From the IMG/VR virus record IMGVR_UViG_3300027852_000084, positions 1 to 40,556 of that record: a stretch of DNA of 40,556 nucleotides; one strand, given 5' to 3'. Numbering within the stretch: the stretch's first letter is position 1; every line of letters starts with the position of its first letter. The notes beneath the pieces are model-generated. The model searched no databases, was not told the DNA's origin, and worked only from the letters and a program-made list of their open reading frames with translations. The translations under genes were made by a program, and so were the position numbers. Shown here piece after piece: positions 25,253 through 35,362 of this stretch. This stretch comes from a virus.

Positions 25253-26715
25253 TGGCGCGGGTAGAGCTTAATTTTGCTGATGGCTTTTACGTGAGCCAAA
25301 CGCCGCCCCTGATAGATAAAAGGGTGGTTAATTGTTACCCGGTGATTCCGCAAGCCGACGCAGCGAGTAAGCGCGCCTTGTTGGGCACGCCTGGCATTGG
25401 AGATTTTTCTGATCTTGGCAGCGGCAATAGTCGTGGGGTGATTGTTTTTAACACTGGGATTCCGTACCGGGTCATTGGTAATTCATTGGTGTCTGTTTCA
25501 TCGACTGGGGTTATTACCGACCACGGCAGAATTTCTGGCAGCAGTGACGTATCGATGGATAGCAACGGTATTAATATAGCAATCCAAGACCCGCGCGGGG
25601 ATAGCTATTTTTTTACGCCATCGACCGGAGTTTTAGAACTAAACAATGGGTCAGTTTTTAATAGCTTCGGGCAGGCTGAAACCGTAACGTTTAAAGACGG
25701 GTTTTATTTCTACACTACAAAAACTATATTTTTCAGTTCATCACCAAAAACACAGAACGATGGCAAAGATTTTAACGCGCTAGATTTTGCTGATGCTGAG
25801 ATCAGCCCGGATAGAATTACGGCAGGCCATAACAACCACAATCAACTTTATATTTTCGGCAAAGAGACTGGTGAGGTTTTCCAGACGATAACAACTTCTG
25901 GTTTTCCCGTGCAGAGGATAGCAGGTGCCCTAATACAGAAAGGTTGTACTGCTCCAAACTCCATAATTGATTTTGATAACAGCTTCCTTTTTATCGGGGG
26001 TGGGGCTGGCGAGAAGCCTGCTATATGGATGGCTAGAGGATCGAGTGCAACTAAGTTATCGACCAGCTCTATAGACCAATTGATTCATAAAAACACCGAT
26101 GCCGACATAGGATTGGCTCGGGCCTTCTCATACGCTGAGAATGGCAACTATTTTGCCGTGTTTACTGTTGGCGATCATACGTTTGTATACGACGCGGCGA
26201 CTTCAGCGCTATCAGGTCAGCCAGAATGGCACGAACGGCAGACCGGCGTCACCGATGGCAACGGATTTCAGCCATGGAGAGCTATCCACGGCGTGAGCGC
26301 TTATGGGTCGATACAAGTAGCCGATGATCGTTCTGGTAAAATTGGGGTTCTTAGTTCCGGCATTAAAACCGAATACGGCGAAAAGATAGAGCGGTTTTTT
26401 ACAACAAAGCCATTCATCAACCAAGGCGATCAGGTTTTTAGCCATGAGATAGAGATATTCATGCAAACCGGAGTTGGTGACGAAACCACGCCAGACCCAA
26501 AGATCAGGATGGATTATTCAGACGACGGTGGGCGAAAATTTAGCAGTGAAATCCCTAAGTCCATGGGGGCTATCGGGCGATATAAAGACCGAGTGAGGTG
26601 GTCTAGGATGGGGAGTTTCCCGATGACCAGAATGCTTAGGTTCAAAATGTCAGACCCGGTTGATTTCAACGTCTATTCATTATTTGCAAATGCGGAGACG
26701 GTTACTAGTGGCTGA
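25252..26715 (+). CDS. tail nozzle / P22 gp10-like protein
   Basis: 487 aa, directly after the adaptor. The C-terminus (DDGGRKFSSE...VRWSRMGSFPMTRMLRFKMSDPV) parallels the P22 gp10 C-terminus (TDGINYGREQ...VLWKRVGRIRRLIGFKLRV). Confidence 0.65.
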   Translation: MARVELNFADGFYVSQTPPLIDKRVVNCYPVIPQADAASKRALLGTPGIGDFSDLGSGNSRGVIVFNTGIPYRVIGNSLVSVSSTGVITDHGRISGSSDVSMDSNGINIAIQDPRGDSYFFTPSTGVLELNNGSVFNSFGQAETVTFKDGFYFYTTKTIFFSSSPKTQNDGKDFNALDFADAEISPDRITAGHNNHNQLYIFGKETGEVFQTITTSGFPVQRIAGALIQKGCTAPNSIIDFDNSFLFIGGGAGEKPAIWMARGSSATKLSTSSIDQLIHKNTDADIGLARAFSYAENGNYFAVFTVGDHTFVYDAATSALSGQPEWHERQTGVTDGNGFQPWRAIHGVSAYGSIQVADDRSGKIGVLSSGIKTEYGEKIERFFTTKPFINQGDQVFSHEIEIFMQTGVGDETTPDPKIRMDYSDDGGRKFSSEIPKSMGAIGRYKDRVRWSRMGSFPMTRMLRFKMSDPVDFNVYSLFANAETVTSG

Positions 26716-26962
26716 TATTTTCCCGCCAAGGCGTGATGAACCTTTAATCAATGAGTTTGGATTGCCCACGTTGAGGTTTGCGGAATATTTAGAAGGGGTG
26801 TCTGCGGTTGCTTCTTCTGATCAGTCTAGCGGTAGTGAGAGCACGGTTCCGCTTTCTTACCAACTATCGCAACAGATAGGGACAGGTGACCCGCTAACAA
26901 GCGATGAAACCGGATTTACTGTTGATTCAACGCTGCTATCAGTGGATATGACGGAAGCATAA
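26708..26962 (+). CDS. small tail-module protein (start uncertain: GTG 26708 or ATG 26690)
   Basis: ORF track frame. The TTG-26660 start is unlikely. Confidence 0.4.
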   Translation: MADIFPPRRDEPLINEFGLPTLRFAEYLEGVSAVASSDQSSGSESTVPLSYQLSQQIGTGDPLTSDETGFTVDSTLLSVDMTEA

Positions 26963-28215
26963 TGGCCCAACAAATAGTAAACGTAGGTACTGAGGCAAAC
27001 GATCGAACGGGCGATGATTGGCGCACAGCGTTTATAAAAACAGTTTCTAACATATCAGAGCTTTATGCCGCCCTGGGCTCAACTGTTTACGTGTCATCTG
27101 AGGCTGATTTTCCTACGCAAGATGGAACCACCATAACACTAGAGCAGAACACAGTTTATGTGTTAGGAGCTTCATTCACGGTTGCCAAACACTTCGTATG
27201 CCAAACCGGGTCAAGCATTACTGGCTGGAGTCAAAACGGATACACGCTGACATATAGCGGAACCGGTTCGATGTTTGAGATAACCGACGCTAGTTTTTAT
27301 ATCCATGATATCAACGTTTCTTGCCCATTAGCTCAGGTTTATAACGCGGCAGACTCGCTCGGAGGTGTGCACACCTTCAAATCTCAATCCGTGGAAATAT
27401 CAGGGGCGGCGAAGTGGGGCACTTTCGATGATTTACGGATAATTATTGTCGATTCATGCGGCGCGCCCGGGGTGGACGACGGTATTTCTTTTGCCGGTAG
27501 CAGCATGGTTGGCGTGCTAATGTCGAATAGCGGCATGCAATCAACGAGCGCTTCTTTTAAAGGAATCGATTTAGACTCCGCATCTATCCCGTTTATGGAT
27601 TTGGCATCTCTCAGGATGTTCGCGCCAGCCGGTGCCTATGGCATTTCTGGGCTTGCTAGCAACGGCAACATACCTAGCGGTTCAATAGCTGATGTGACCG
27701 GGTGCGCTTTCCTTGGCGGCATGACCGATTTAGAAAATATCACGGTTGATGACGTTCGATGGAATTTTACTAAAAACAACCCAACCGAAGACACCAACCC
27801 GGTAGCGATGGCGTCAGTTAACGGCAATTCTACTGAGACAGTTATAGCAGCGGTTAACACACCTGTTAAGGCTGTTGGAGTCGCCACGATAGAGGCTTCT
27901 TCGTTTTTCACGGTTGATACCAGCCTAAAAGCGACTTATATCGGGGAGAGGCAAAAAGCGTTTTTAATCGATATAAACGCGACGATAGAGTCTGCTTCAG
28001 GCACCAATAAAGATATTTCTATCTATCTCGCAAAAGACGGAACGGTCATAGCAAATAGCGCAAAAACTAACAGGGTGGGTTCTGGCGACCCCAAAAACAC
28101 AACGGTATTCTGGACTGTTGATCTAGTCGAAACCGAAAATATAGAGGTTTACGTAGAGAACAATTCTGACGCTGTTAATCTGATCGTGACTGATGCAGTA
28201 TTGAGAGCGCACTAA
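26962..28215 (+). CDS. tail fibre/spike protein 1
   Basis: N-terminal IVNVGTEANDRTGDDWRTAFIKTVSNISELY matches the widespread fibre N-terminal motif (G..aNDGTGD.lR.af.K.N.Nf..L). Confidence 0.65.
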   Translation: MAQQIVNVGTEANDRTGDDWRTAFIKTVSNISELYAALGSTVYVSSEADFPTQDGTTITLEQNTVYVLGASFTVAKHFVCQTGSSITGWSQNGYTLTYSGTGSMFEITDASFYIHDINVSCPLAQVYNAADSLGGVHTFKSQSVEISGAAKWGTFDDLRIIIVDSCGAPGVDDGISFAGSSMVGVLMSNSGMQSTSASFKGIDLDSASIPFMDLASLRMFAPAGAYGISGLASNGNIPSGSIADVTGCAFLGGMTDLENITVDDVRWNFTKNNPTEDTNPVAMASVNGNSTETVIAAVNTPVKAVGVATIEASSFFTVDTSLKATYIGERQKAFLIDINATIESASGTNKDISIYLAKDGTVIANSAKTNRVGSGDPKNTTVFWTVDLVETENIEVYVENNSDAVNLIVTDAVLRAH

Positions 28216-28535
28216 TGACCGCCGTCGTGATGGTGAACAGCGCTCAAAACGCGGTAGTCGATACTAAAGAGCTGATGTACACCGCATCAGGCGGTGGAAC
28301 TCGGATAACGTCATTCGCTGCCTCTAATAGCGGGCCATCTAGCGTTCATTTTAAAGCGTATCTATATGATTCAACCGACGTAGAATTACCCGCAGTTATC
28401 CCGCTAACAATTGTGGTTAAAGATCGGGTTAATTTAGGGGCGGCACTGATTGGTCAGTTTATCCCGGCTGGCGGGGCTTTATGGCTAGAAAGTAGCGGCC
28501 CGCTAACATTTAGAGTTACCGGTGACAATGTTTAG
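28215..28535 (+). CDS. hypothetical tail-module protein, 106 aa
   Basis: ORF track. Confidence 0.5.
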   Translation: MTAVVMVNSAQNAVVDTKELMYTASGGGTRITSFAASNSGPSSVHFKAYLYDSTDVELPAVIPLTIVVKDRVNLGAALIGQFIPAGGALWLESSGPLTFRVTGDNV

Positions 28536-28544
28536 GGTGATGTT

Positions 28545-29042
28545 TTGTTATATTTAAAAGCCGCCGGATCAGTTGAAGAAGTCGAGCCGATTTTAAAAGC
28601 GCCAGAACTGTTCGACAGAATCGCAGAGGATGGAATTTCGATAGATGACTATGAAATAGAGTTTAATGGTCACCAGAGGTATATGATGGTTATGCTAGAT
28701 GATTTGGCTATCGGCGTGTGGAATCTATACCCGGTCAACAGTGTAACGTTAAACATTCACTGCAACATTTTGGAGCAATATCGAGAGCATGGCAAACAGG
28801 CAGGACGACTAATTTTAGAGTGGTTTGTTGGGGAGTGCCCAAAGCAATACCAAAAATTAAACGCTGAAATACCGGTTATTTATCCCGAGGTTTATCACTT
28901 TACCAAAAACTTTGGTTTTAGTGATGAAGGGATCAACCGGCAATCTATTAAAAAGAATGGCGTTTTGGTTGACCAGAGCCGGTTAGGAATAACCATGGCG
29001 GAGGTTATAAAATTCTTAGGGGCTCAAAATGAGCAAAGTTAA
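28545..29042 (+). CDS. GNAT-fold acetyltransferase-like protein
   Basis: MMVMLDDLAIGVWNLYPVN...HCNILEQYREHGKQAGRLILEWF...FTKNFGF has GNAT-like beta-strand and motif-A layout. TTG start follows AGGGTGA. Confidence 0.4.
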   Translation: MLYLKAAGSVEEVEPILKAPELFDRIAEDGISIDDYEIEFNGHQRYMMVMLDDLAIGVWNLYPVNSVTLNIHCNILEQYREHGKQAGRLILEWFVGECPKQYQKLNAEIPVIYPEVYHFTKNFGFSDEGINRQSIKKNGVLVDQSRLGITMAEVIKFLGAQNEQS

Positions 29043-29808
29043 AGACACTTTTTTTGGCGGTGCGGAGAAAAAAGCCGGTAAAGCACAGGCAGAAGCATCG
29101 CGGGAAGCGGCCAGGCTAACTAAAGAACAGTTTGAAGAAGTTAAGGCTCGACTTGATCCGTTCATAGACCCTGCCGAAGACTCTCTTGGTCTTCAGTCTG
29201 CATTATCTGGGGCATCTGGCGCAAGGGCTCAACGGAGGGCTTTCTCGAGGTTTGAAGACGATCCGGGCACTGAGTTCTTGCGCGAACAGGGGTTAAGAAT
29301 GATCGATACCGGGGCCGCTTCAACCGGTGGGCTTGGTGGCGGAGACAGGCTTCGAGAGCTGACAAAATTTAGTCAAGGGCTAGCATTACAAGACCTTAAC
29401 AATCGGTTCAACCGCCTAGGAGCTGTGACCGGGACTGGTTTGCAGGCTGCGTCGGCTTTGGGTGGCGTAAGCGCTGGGGCAGCAGCTGGGCAAGCGGCGG
29501 CTATTCAAAATGCTGGGTTAGCTAAGGCGGGCGGTATTACTGGTTCTGCTCAGGGGTTTAAAAGCGGCCTTATGTCCACTGGGGCACTGCTTGCTTCTGA
29601 TGAGCGGCTGAAATCTAAAATAATATCTGTTGGGAAACTTAAAAGCGGCCTTGATTGGTGTAAATGGGAATGGCGTGATTTTGCCCGTAAAATTGTAGGA
29701 AACCAACCGCCTGAAGGCGTAATCGCTCAAGAAGCAATAAAGGTATTCCCTGATGCTGTCGTGTCTGTTGATGGCTACCTGCGCGTAGATTATTCGAGGA
29801 TTTACTAA
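29029..29808 (+). CDS. tail-needle/ejection-position protein with a C-terminal S74 intramolecular-chaperone domain
   Basis: SDERLKSKI...W-W...GVIAQEAIKVFPDAVVSVDGYLRVDYSRIY matches the Peptidase_S74 auto-cleaving chaperone consensus (SDxRLKxNI ... G.IAQE...v.P.aV ... VDY). Confidence 0.65.
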   Translation: MSKVKDTFFGGAEKKAGKAQAEASREAARLTKEQFEEVKARLDPFIDPAEDSLGLQSALSGASGARAQRRAFSRFEDDPGTEFLREQGLRMIDTGAASTGGLGGGDRLRELTKFSQGLALQDLNNRFNRLGAVTGTGLQAASALGGVSAGAAAGQAAAIQNAGLAKAGGITGSAQGFKSGLMSTGALLASDERLKSKIISVGKLKSGLDWCKWEWRDFARKIVGNQPPEGVIAQEAIKVFPDAVVSVDGYLRVDYSRIY

Positions 29809-31115
29809 TGGCCGATGGATTTTTTCAGGGGTTAAAAGCGTCTGCTAGGCCCGTTGGGGAGGGTTTGCTTGCTTTTACGACGGGGACGCCGTTACCGCAG
29901 GTTAAGCAGCAATTAGGCGAGGAAAGGCTAGGACTGCAATCGTCAAGAGATCAAACCCGCATGGCTTCATTAGCTAGCGGTGCGGCTCAACTTAAAAACA
30001 TACAAGACCCACAGAGAAAGCTAGAGTTCCTAACCAATAGAAAGGCCGAATTGCAGCGGGCCGGAATAGGCACAGAAGATACCGACGAGGCTATTCAGTT
30101 AATAAATCAAGGCAGATTCGACGAACTTGAAGAGGTGACCGATCAAGCTATTCAGATTGGTCAGCGCATGTCGGGCCGTGGCCCTTCTGAGCAGTTCTCG
30201 CCAGTCACCGACGACCAAGGGAACATTATAGGGCAGCGATCAAGCGCTACCGGCAGGGTTGTATCTGACCCGCGTACGGTTAAGCCTGAAGGGCTTACGA
30301 ATGAGCAGAGCAATTTCGAGGCTATGACTAAAGGTTTTACACCAGATCAAAAAATGGATGCACGCCTTGAGTGGGCGGGTATCCGTCCAGAAAGCGGAGA
30401 CGCGGCACAAATAGACACCGGATCAGCTGAGAAGCTGGTCGAAGGGCTACCGGATTCGGTGCAGTCCAAAGGGCTTGCAGCATTTCTAGCCGCTGGTGGT
30501 GGCAAAGATGGCGTTAAGGCTCTACAGAAAGCGGTGGAAGTGTCGTCTGCTGAAGTTTCCCGCGCTGAAATTCCGCAAATGCTAGACGCTACATTCCCTA
30601 ATGCTTCACCGGCGGAGCGAGATCAACTAGAGGCGGCTGCAACATCTGGAAAGACCGTTGAATCTGGCCTCAAAGCCGCAGAAGGCATCAGGGCAGAACA
30701 GCGCAGGCTTAAGAAGGCCAAAGGCTTTCAGGAACGCGCTTTGCAGTTGTTGGATAACGTTTTGGGCAGTGATCAAATCGGCGATGTTACCGGGTCAATA
30801 GAGGGCCGCTTTGATTTTCGTGCATTTTCTGACGCAGAAGCAGAGCTGATAACCGATATAGAAGAGCTTCAAAATATATTGACCGCCGATAATATGGATT
30901 TGATGACCGGCGTTCTGTCCGAATCAGATATCAAAATACTTAAAAACTTGTCATCCGGCGCGCTTAACCGGGTAAGAGGTGAAGGCAGGTTCATTAAAGA
31001 TGTTACAGGACTAAGGGACAAATTGAGCGCCAAGTTAGTCGAGACCGTCGATGACACCGATAACAAAGAGCGGCTGACCTTCGATCCAGAATCAGGCGAG
31101 CTAGTAGCCCGATGA
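29808..31115 (+). CDS. internal virion/ejection protein candidate
   Basis: Position in the tail module, analogous to P22 gp7/gp20/gp16 or T7 gp14-16. Confidence 0.5.
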   Translation: MADGFFQGLKASARPVGEGLLAFTTGTPLPQVKQQLGEERLGLQSSRDQTRMASLASGAAQLKNIQDPQRKLEFLTNRKAELQRAGIGTEDTDEAIQLINQGRFDELEEVTDQAIQIGQRMSGRGPSEQFSPVTDDQGNIIGQRSSATGRVVSDPRTVKPEGLTNEQSNFEAMTKGFTPDQKMDARLEWAGIRPESGDAAQIDTGSAEKLVEGLPDSVQSKGLAAFLAAGGGKDGVKALQKAVEVSSAEVSRAEIPQMLDATFPNASPAERDQLEAAATSGKTVESGLKAAEGIRAEQRRLKKAKGFQERALQLLDNVLGSDQIGDVTGSIEGRFDFRAFSDAEAELITDIEELQNILTADNMDLMTGVLSESDIKILKNLSSGALNRVRGEGRFIKDVTGLRDKLSAKLVETVDDTDNKERLTFDPESGELVAR

Positions 31116-33010
31116 CTATCGAGGTTGAAGTTAAAGGAACTAATCAGGTTGCAGAGTTCCCAGACGGGACGCCCCCAGATGTTATTAAGCAGGCGTTGGC
31201 TAAGCATGCGGGGAAGTCTGAAGAGTTCGCCGGGGCCGGGATTATTGAACCAGCATTAGCGGTCGGAAGCGGTCTAGCTACGACCATTGGCGGCGGCTTG
31301 GCAGGCATTGCAGCCGGCTTGTTGCCAGGCGAAGAAGGTGCAGCGGGGCAGGCAGTCGAGGCCGTGCAATCAAAATCATTCCAGCCTAAAACCCAATCGG
31401 GAAAAGAAAACCTTGAAACGCTAGGACAATTAGTTGAACGCGGCATTGATATTGTAAACATTCCGATTTCAGGATTAACCGGAATCGCTGAATTAGTGGC
31501 CGGGTTTGGCCCTGATGAAGCAGCGCAGGCAATCCGAAAAGTTCAGGACGAGGGGCTCGGAAAATCAGCGGGTGGCAGAGTGTTTGATACCACTGGCGAC
31601 CCTTTGGCCGCTACGGCTGTTGAGAGCTTGCCAACGCTGTCAGGTGAGTTGCTAGGACTGAAGGGAGCGGGTAGCGCCATTAAAGGGGTTAAAGCCGCTA
31701 CTGGCAAGGCTGCTAAAGCCGTTGAAGAAGCCGCGCCTGTTGTCGGTGAAGCCGTTAAGGCAGCAGCAAATCAAACAGCAAAGCAGATATTTGAATTTCA
31801 ACCGCCAGCCCGTCAAAAAATAACTAACTTGCTGCTCGAAGGATCGACCGACGCAGAGACAGCAGGGTTTCAGCTGCTAGATAAAGCAGGCAAGCCAAAA
31901 GCGGTTAAAAACCCATTGGCCCGCGAGGCAATGAAGCAGGGGTTTGATCCTGGGGTGATTGCAGCCGTAAGCCAAGCCACAAAAGCCGACAAAAAAGCCA
32001 TGTTGAAAATGGCTAACATCATGGAGCGAGGAAAGCGCAATCGAAGGTTTGCATCGTCCAACCGGCCAAGTGATGTGGTGGGCGATACGCTGTTATCAAG
32101 AGTTAAAACAATCCGTAATGCTAACCGGGCATCAGGCCGTGATATTGACCGGATAGCGCAATCGTTAAAAGGCAAAGAGTTAGACATATCCGAAGCTGTT
32201 GACGATTTTGCCGAAAGCATGGGACGGTTAGGCGTTGATCTTGTTGATGACGGTAAAGGCGGTTTTAAGCCTAATTTTGAAAACTCACAATTAGCACCGG
32301 GAGACCGTGGTCCGCTTCGAGAAGTTATTCGTCAAATGAATATCAGGGGGGCAGGCGGGATTGATGGACTGACCGTTCACAATATGAAAAGGACCATTGA
32401 TAACAATGTGACGTTCGGTAAAGTCAAAACGGGTATGGGTGGCGATGCAGAAAGAGCGTTAAAGTCATTCCGGGCCAAACTAGACGGCGCTTTAGACGGG
32501 ACATTCCCTGAATACAACACGGTTAACGTTACCTATGCTGATACTGTTGGGGCTCTGGACGCATTGCAGTCAGCAGTTGGCACAAAGTTAGACATGGCAG
32601 GGGGTCATGCTGATAAAGCGTTAGGCCAGAAGCTCAGGGGCTTAATGAGCAACAATGCTACCCGAATCAATCTTTTGGATGCAGTTAATGAAATTGAGGG
32701 CGTTGCGCGCAAGCATGGCCCACAAGGCAAGTTAATGATCGAAGGAAAGGGGCTAGGGCGTGACGACTTGCTGAATCAAATATTGTTTGTTGATGAACTT
32801 GATTCTCTGTTCGGGCCGGTTGCCAGAACTAGCGCTCAGGGTCAGATAGATCAAGCGATAAAGCGCGGGGCTAAGGCGGTTGGCACCAAGTCTGGAGCCG
32901 CTGATCTAGCTGTAGAAGGCGTTGCAAACCTAGCTGAAAGGGTGCGCGGTGTTAATCAAGAGTCGGCGTTCAAATCAATTAAACAACTATTAAAATCAGG
33001 AGAACAATAA
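31112..33010 (+). CDS. internal virion/ejection protein candidate (largest, 632 aa)
   Basis: Position. Gly/Ala-rich N-terminal region. Confidence 0.5.
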   Translation: MTIEVEVKGTNQVAEFPDGTPPDVIKQALAKHAGKSEEFAGAGIIEPALAVGSGLATTIGGGLAGIAAGLLPGEEGAAGQAVEAVQSKSFQPKTQSGKENLETLGQLVERGIDIVNIPISGLTGIAELVAGFGPDEAAQAIRKVQDEGLGKSAGGRVFDTTGDPLAATAVESLPTLSGELLGLKGAGSAIKGVKAATGKAAKAVEEAAPVVGEAVKAAANQTAKQIFEFQPPARQKITNLLLEGSTDAETAGFQLLDKAGKPKAVKNPLAREAMKQGFDPGVIAAVSQATKADKKAMLKMANIMERGKRNRRFASSNRPSDVVGDTLLSRVKTIRNANRASGRDIDRIAQSLKGKELDISEAVDDFAESMGRLGVDLVDDGKGGFKPNFENSQLAPGDRGPLREVIRQMNIRGAGGIDGLTVHNMKRTIDNNVTFGKVKTGMGGDAERALKSFRAKLDGALDGTFPEYNTVNVTYADTVGALDALQSAVGTKLDMAGGHADKALGQKLRGLMSNNATRINLLDAVNEIEGVARKHGPQGKLMIEGKGLGRDDLLNQILFVDELDSLFGPVARTSAQGQIDQAIKRGAKAVGTKSGAADLAVEGVANLAERVRGVNQESAFKSIKQLLKSGEQ

Positions 33011-33011
33011 A

Positions 33012-34934
33012 ATGTCTAGCCGTTTTGTAATGCCGTTCGCGGACGTAGGCGATGGAATTAGCCCGGCTGATGGTGCCAAGTTGCATTTTTTAGCAACAGG
33101 GACAGACGATGACAAAAACACGTTCACTGATGAAAGCTTGGGGACGCCCAACGCTAACCCGGTTATTGCCGATGCTGATGGCGTTTTCCCTGATATCTGG
33201 ATGAACGATGGTGACCGCTACAAAGTCAGGCTCACATATAAAAACAATGCACAGGTTTGGGAGGTTGACCCGGTAATTGGCGGGCTTTTAAATGGTGCTT
33301 CTGGGTTGATATTTGATACCGTGGCGGCGATGAAGTTGACTGATGGCGTTGCAGGGCAGCGGGCGACCACATTAGGATATTACGAAGCCGGTGATGGTGG
33401 CGGGGCTGTTTACCTAATTTCAGCGGCTGCATCTGTTGACGGCTATGGAGACCACACGTTAGCCAACGGTACTATCGCATTGCTCCAAACTGATTACGTA
33501 ACTGGATTCCAATACGGCGCATTGACCGCAGACGCGACCGAAGAGTTGCAAGCGGCGATAACCGCGCAGGCTTTCTCAAAGCTGCATTTAAACGAATACG
33601 TTCACACAATCACAGCGGCATTAACGACAATATCGCCATTGATTATCGAGGGATCAGGCGCTTTTGCCCCAACAGACGTTAATGAGGGCACGGTAATCAG
33701 CAACGTGACCAATGACGTGGAGGCGTTTGTTTTTGACGGTAACGCCGGGCGCGTTGACCGGATGCGGATGCGTGATCTGACGATCCTCCATGAAGCGGCC
33801 ACAAAATACGCTATACGTGCAGATTGGGCTCCATTTTTCGAGGCTGACAATGTAGTTATAGACTGTAACGGGGTTGGTTTCGGTGGAATTTTATTCGGTG
33901 ATGAATTAGATACGCCGGTTTCTCAGGCGTTTCTAGGTTCAGGCAAAACGCTGAGAATCATTGAATACACTGACTATGGGGTGCGCGTTAATTCAACCGG
34001 CACCCTCTGGAATTTTACCAACTGCATCGTGGGGTCTAGTGTTGATGGGGCGGTTGGTGGTTTTTTCAATAAAGAAGGCGTGCGACTAATCGGCGGCCAG
34101 TGGAGTTCTAACAATACCGGTGGCATCTCAATATCTGATTACAATTCTGGATCAGGTGACCGAGAAGGCAACGTTTTTGAGGGCCAGGTATTTGAAAGCA
34201 CGTCTAACAAATGCGTATCCTTCGACGGCGATACCAGGTCAGTAGTGGGCGGTCGACTGCAGGATGCCTACGCAAACCTATCTAGCGTGTCTGGTGTCGT
34301 TTGTTATTTTGGCCGTGCTAAACAATGCACGATTGAAGCGCCGAAAATCAAAAACCCAACAGGCGGCGGTACTCTTTGTGAGTGGAGCGCCAACGCCAGG
34401 GAATGTGTTTTAATTTGCGATATTGAAGGGGCACAAGCGCCTGTTACGGTTGATGCTTCTGCTGTCAGAGCGCTTAAAGTTGTAACCGGCGTAGTTGGAA
34501 CGTCAGACTTCTCGTTAATCACTACCGATTCAAATATGACGACCATGTTAAAAGACGGTCTAGTGAGCCTGCCTCCTGAATTTGTGCCGGTGCATAATGG
34601 CGTTGCCTGGAATTTTCAGACAGTAACCCTTTCAGATGACACGGCGATCAGCTTCACGCCACCTACTGTTATGGGCCAGCTGAGGGTTATTAACGACGAC
34701 GACGCTAGCACCTTTGGAATAATTGCATACAACGCAGACGCCACAACGGCTCAATGTGAGGCGATAGCAGCTGGGAGTAGTTTTGAGGCAACCACGGGCG
34801 CTCTTAACGGCACCACCGGAACGAATAACACTGTGACAGTATCAGCCGATACAAACGGTGATATTTACATAGAAGCTCGCAAAGGGACGGCTAATTTAAC
34901 TGTATTCTTTGAATCAGCGGTTTTCGGAGTTTGA
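33012..34934 (+). CDS. tailspike with a pectate-lyase-type right-handed beta-helix
   Basis: VAAMKLTDGVAGQRATTLGYYEAGDGGGAVYLI is the Pectate_lyase_3-type signature. It is the last structural gene before lysis. Confidence 0.7.
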   Translation: MSSRFVMPFADVGDGISPADGAKLHFLATGTDDDKNTFTDESLGTPNANPVIADADGVFPDIWMNDGDRYKVRLTYKNNAQVWEVDPVIGGLLNGASGLIFDTVAAMKLTDGVAGQRATTLGYYEAGDGGGAVYLISAAASVDGYGDHTLANGTIALLQTDYVTGFQYGALTADATEELQAAITAQAFSKLHLNEYVHTITAALTTISPLIIEGSGAFAPTDVNEGTVISNVTNDVEAFVFDGNAGRVDRMRMRDLTILHEAATKYAIRADWAPFFEADNVVIDCNGVGFGGILFGDELDTPVSQAFLGSGKTLRIIEYTDYGVRVNSTGTLWNFTNCIVGSSVDGAVGGFFNKEGVRLIGGQWSSNNTGGISISDYNSGSGDREGNVFEGQVFESTSNKCVSFDGDTRSVVGGRLQDAYANLSSVSGVVCYFGRAKQCTIEAPKIKNPTGGGTLCEWSANARECVLICDIEGAQAPVTVDASAVRALKVVTGVVGTSDFSLITTDSNMTTMLKDGLVSLPPEFVPVHNGVAWNFQTVTLSDDTAISFTPPTVMGQLRVINDDDASTFGIIAYNADATTAQCEAIAAGSSFEATTGALNGTTGTNNTVTVSADTNGDIYIEARKGTANLTVFFESAVFGV

Positions 34935-34962
34935 TTTTCAATATCGGCTAACGGGAATAGTG

Positions 34963-35193
34963 ATGCCTGAAATAAATTTTGATCAGTTGGGTATAGCAGG
35001 AGTGACTATAGCGCTTTTGCTATGGGGGCTAAAGTTAGCCCTATCTAAAATAGAAAAGCACGAGGCGACAATAGAAAACCTGCATGATCGCAATGCTGAG
35101 ACATTAACCGAAACGCTGAAGTCACAACAGGAATCACATTCTATCCTGTCTAAAGCCATTGATTATTTTCAACACGGGCGGCGTGATGTTTAG
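34963..35193 (+). CDS. single-TM coiled-coil lysis-cassette protein (holin or i-spanin-like)
   Basis: ATG at 34963. TM segment LGIAGVTIALLLWGLKLAL followed by a charged helix. Confidence 0.45.
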   Translation: MPEINFDQLGIAGVTIALLLWGLKLALSKIEKHEATIENLHDRNAETLTETLKSQQESHSILSKAIDYFQHGRRDV

Positions 35194-35362
35194 CTTTTTG
35201 TTGAGGAAGAAGCCGCGCGAATCATTGGCTGAAAAAATAGCTAGAATTGAAGCGCTAGAGGAATCTAATAAGAAGGCTAGGCTTGAAAACAAAGAACAGA
35301 GGATTATCTGCGACGCCACAATGAACAGCTGGGACAAACGCAGAAAGCCGATTAACCCGTGA
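35186..35362 (+). CDS. 58-aa charged lysis-cassette protein
   Basis: The ATG at 35186 overlaps the upstream gene by 8 nt. No lipobox seen. Confidence 0.35.
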   Translation: MFSFLLRKKPRESLAEKIARIEALEESNKKARLENKEQRIICDATMNSWDKRRKPINP

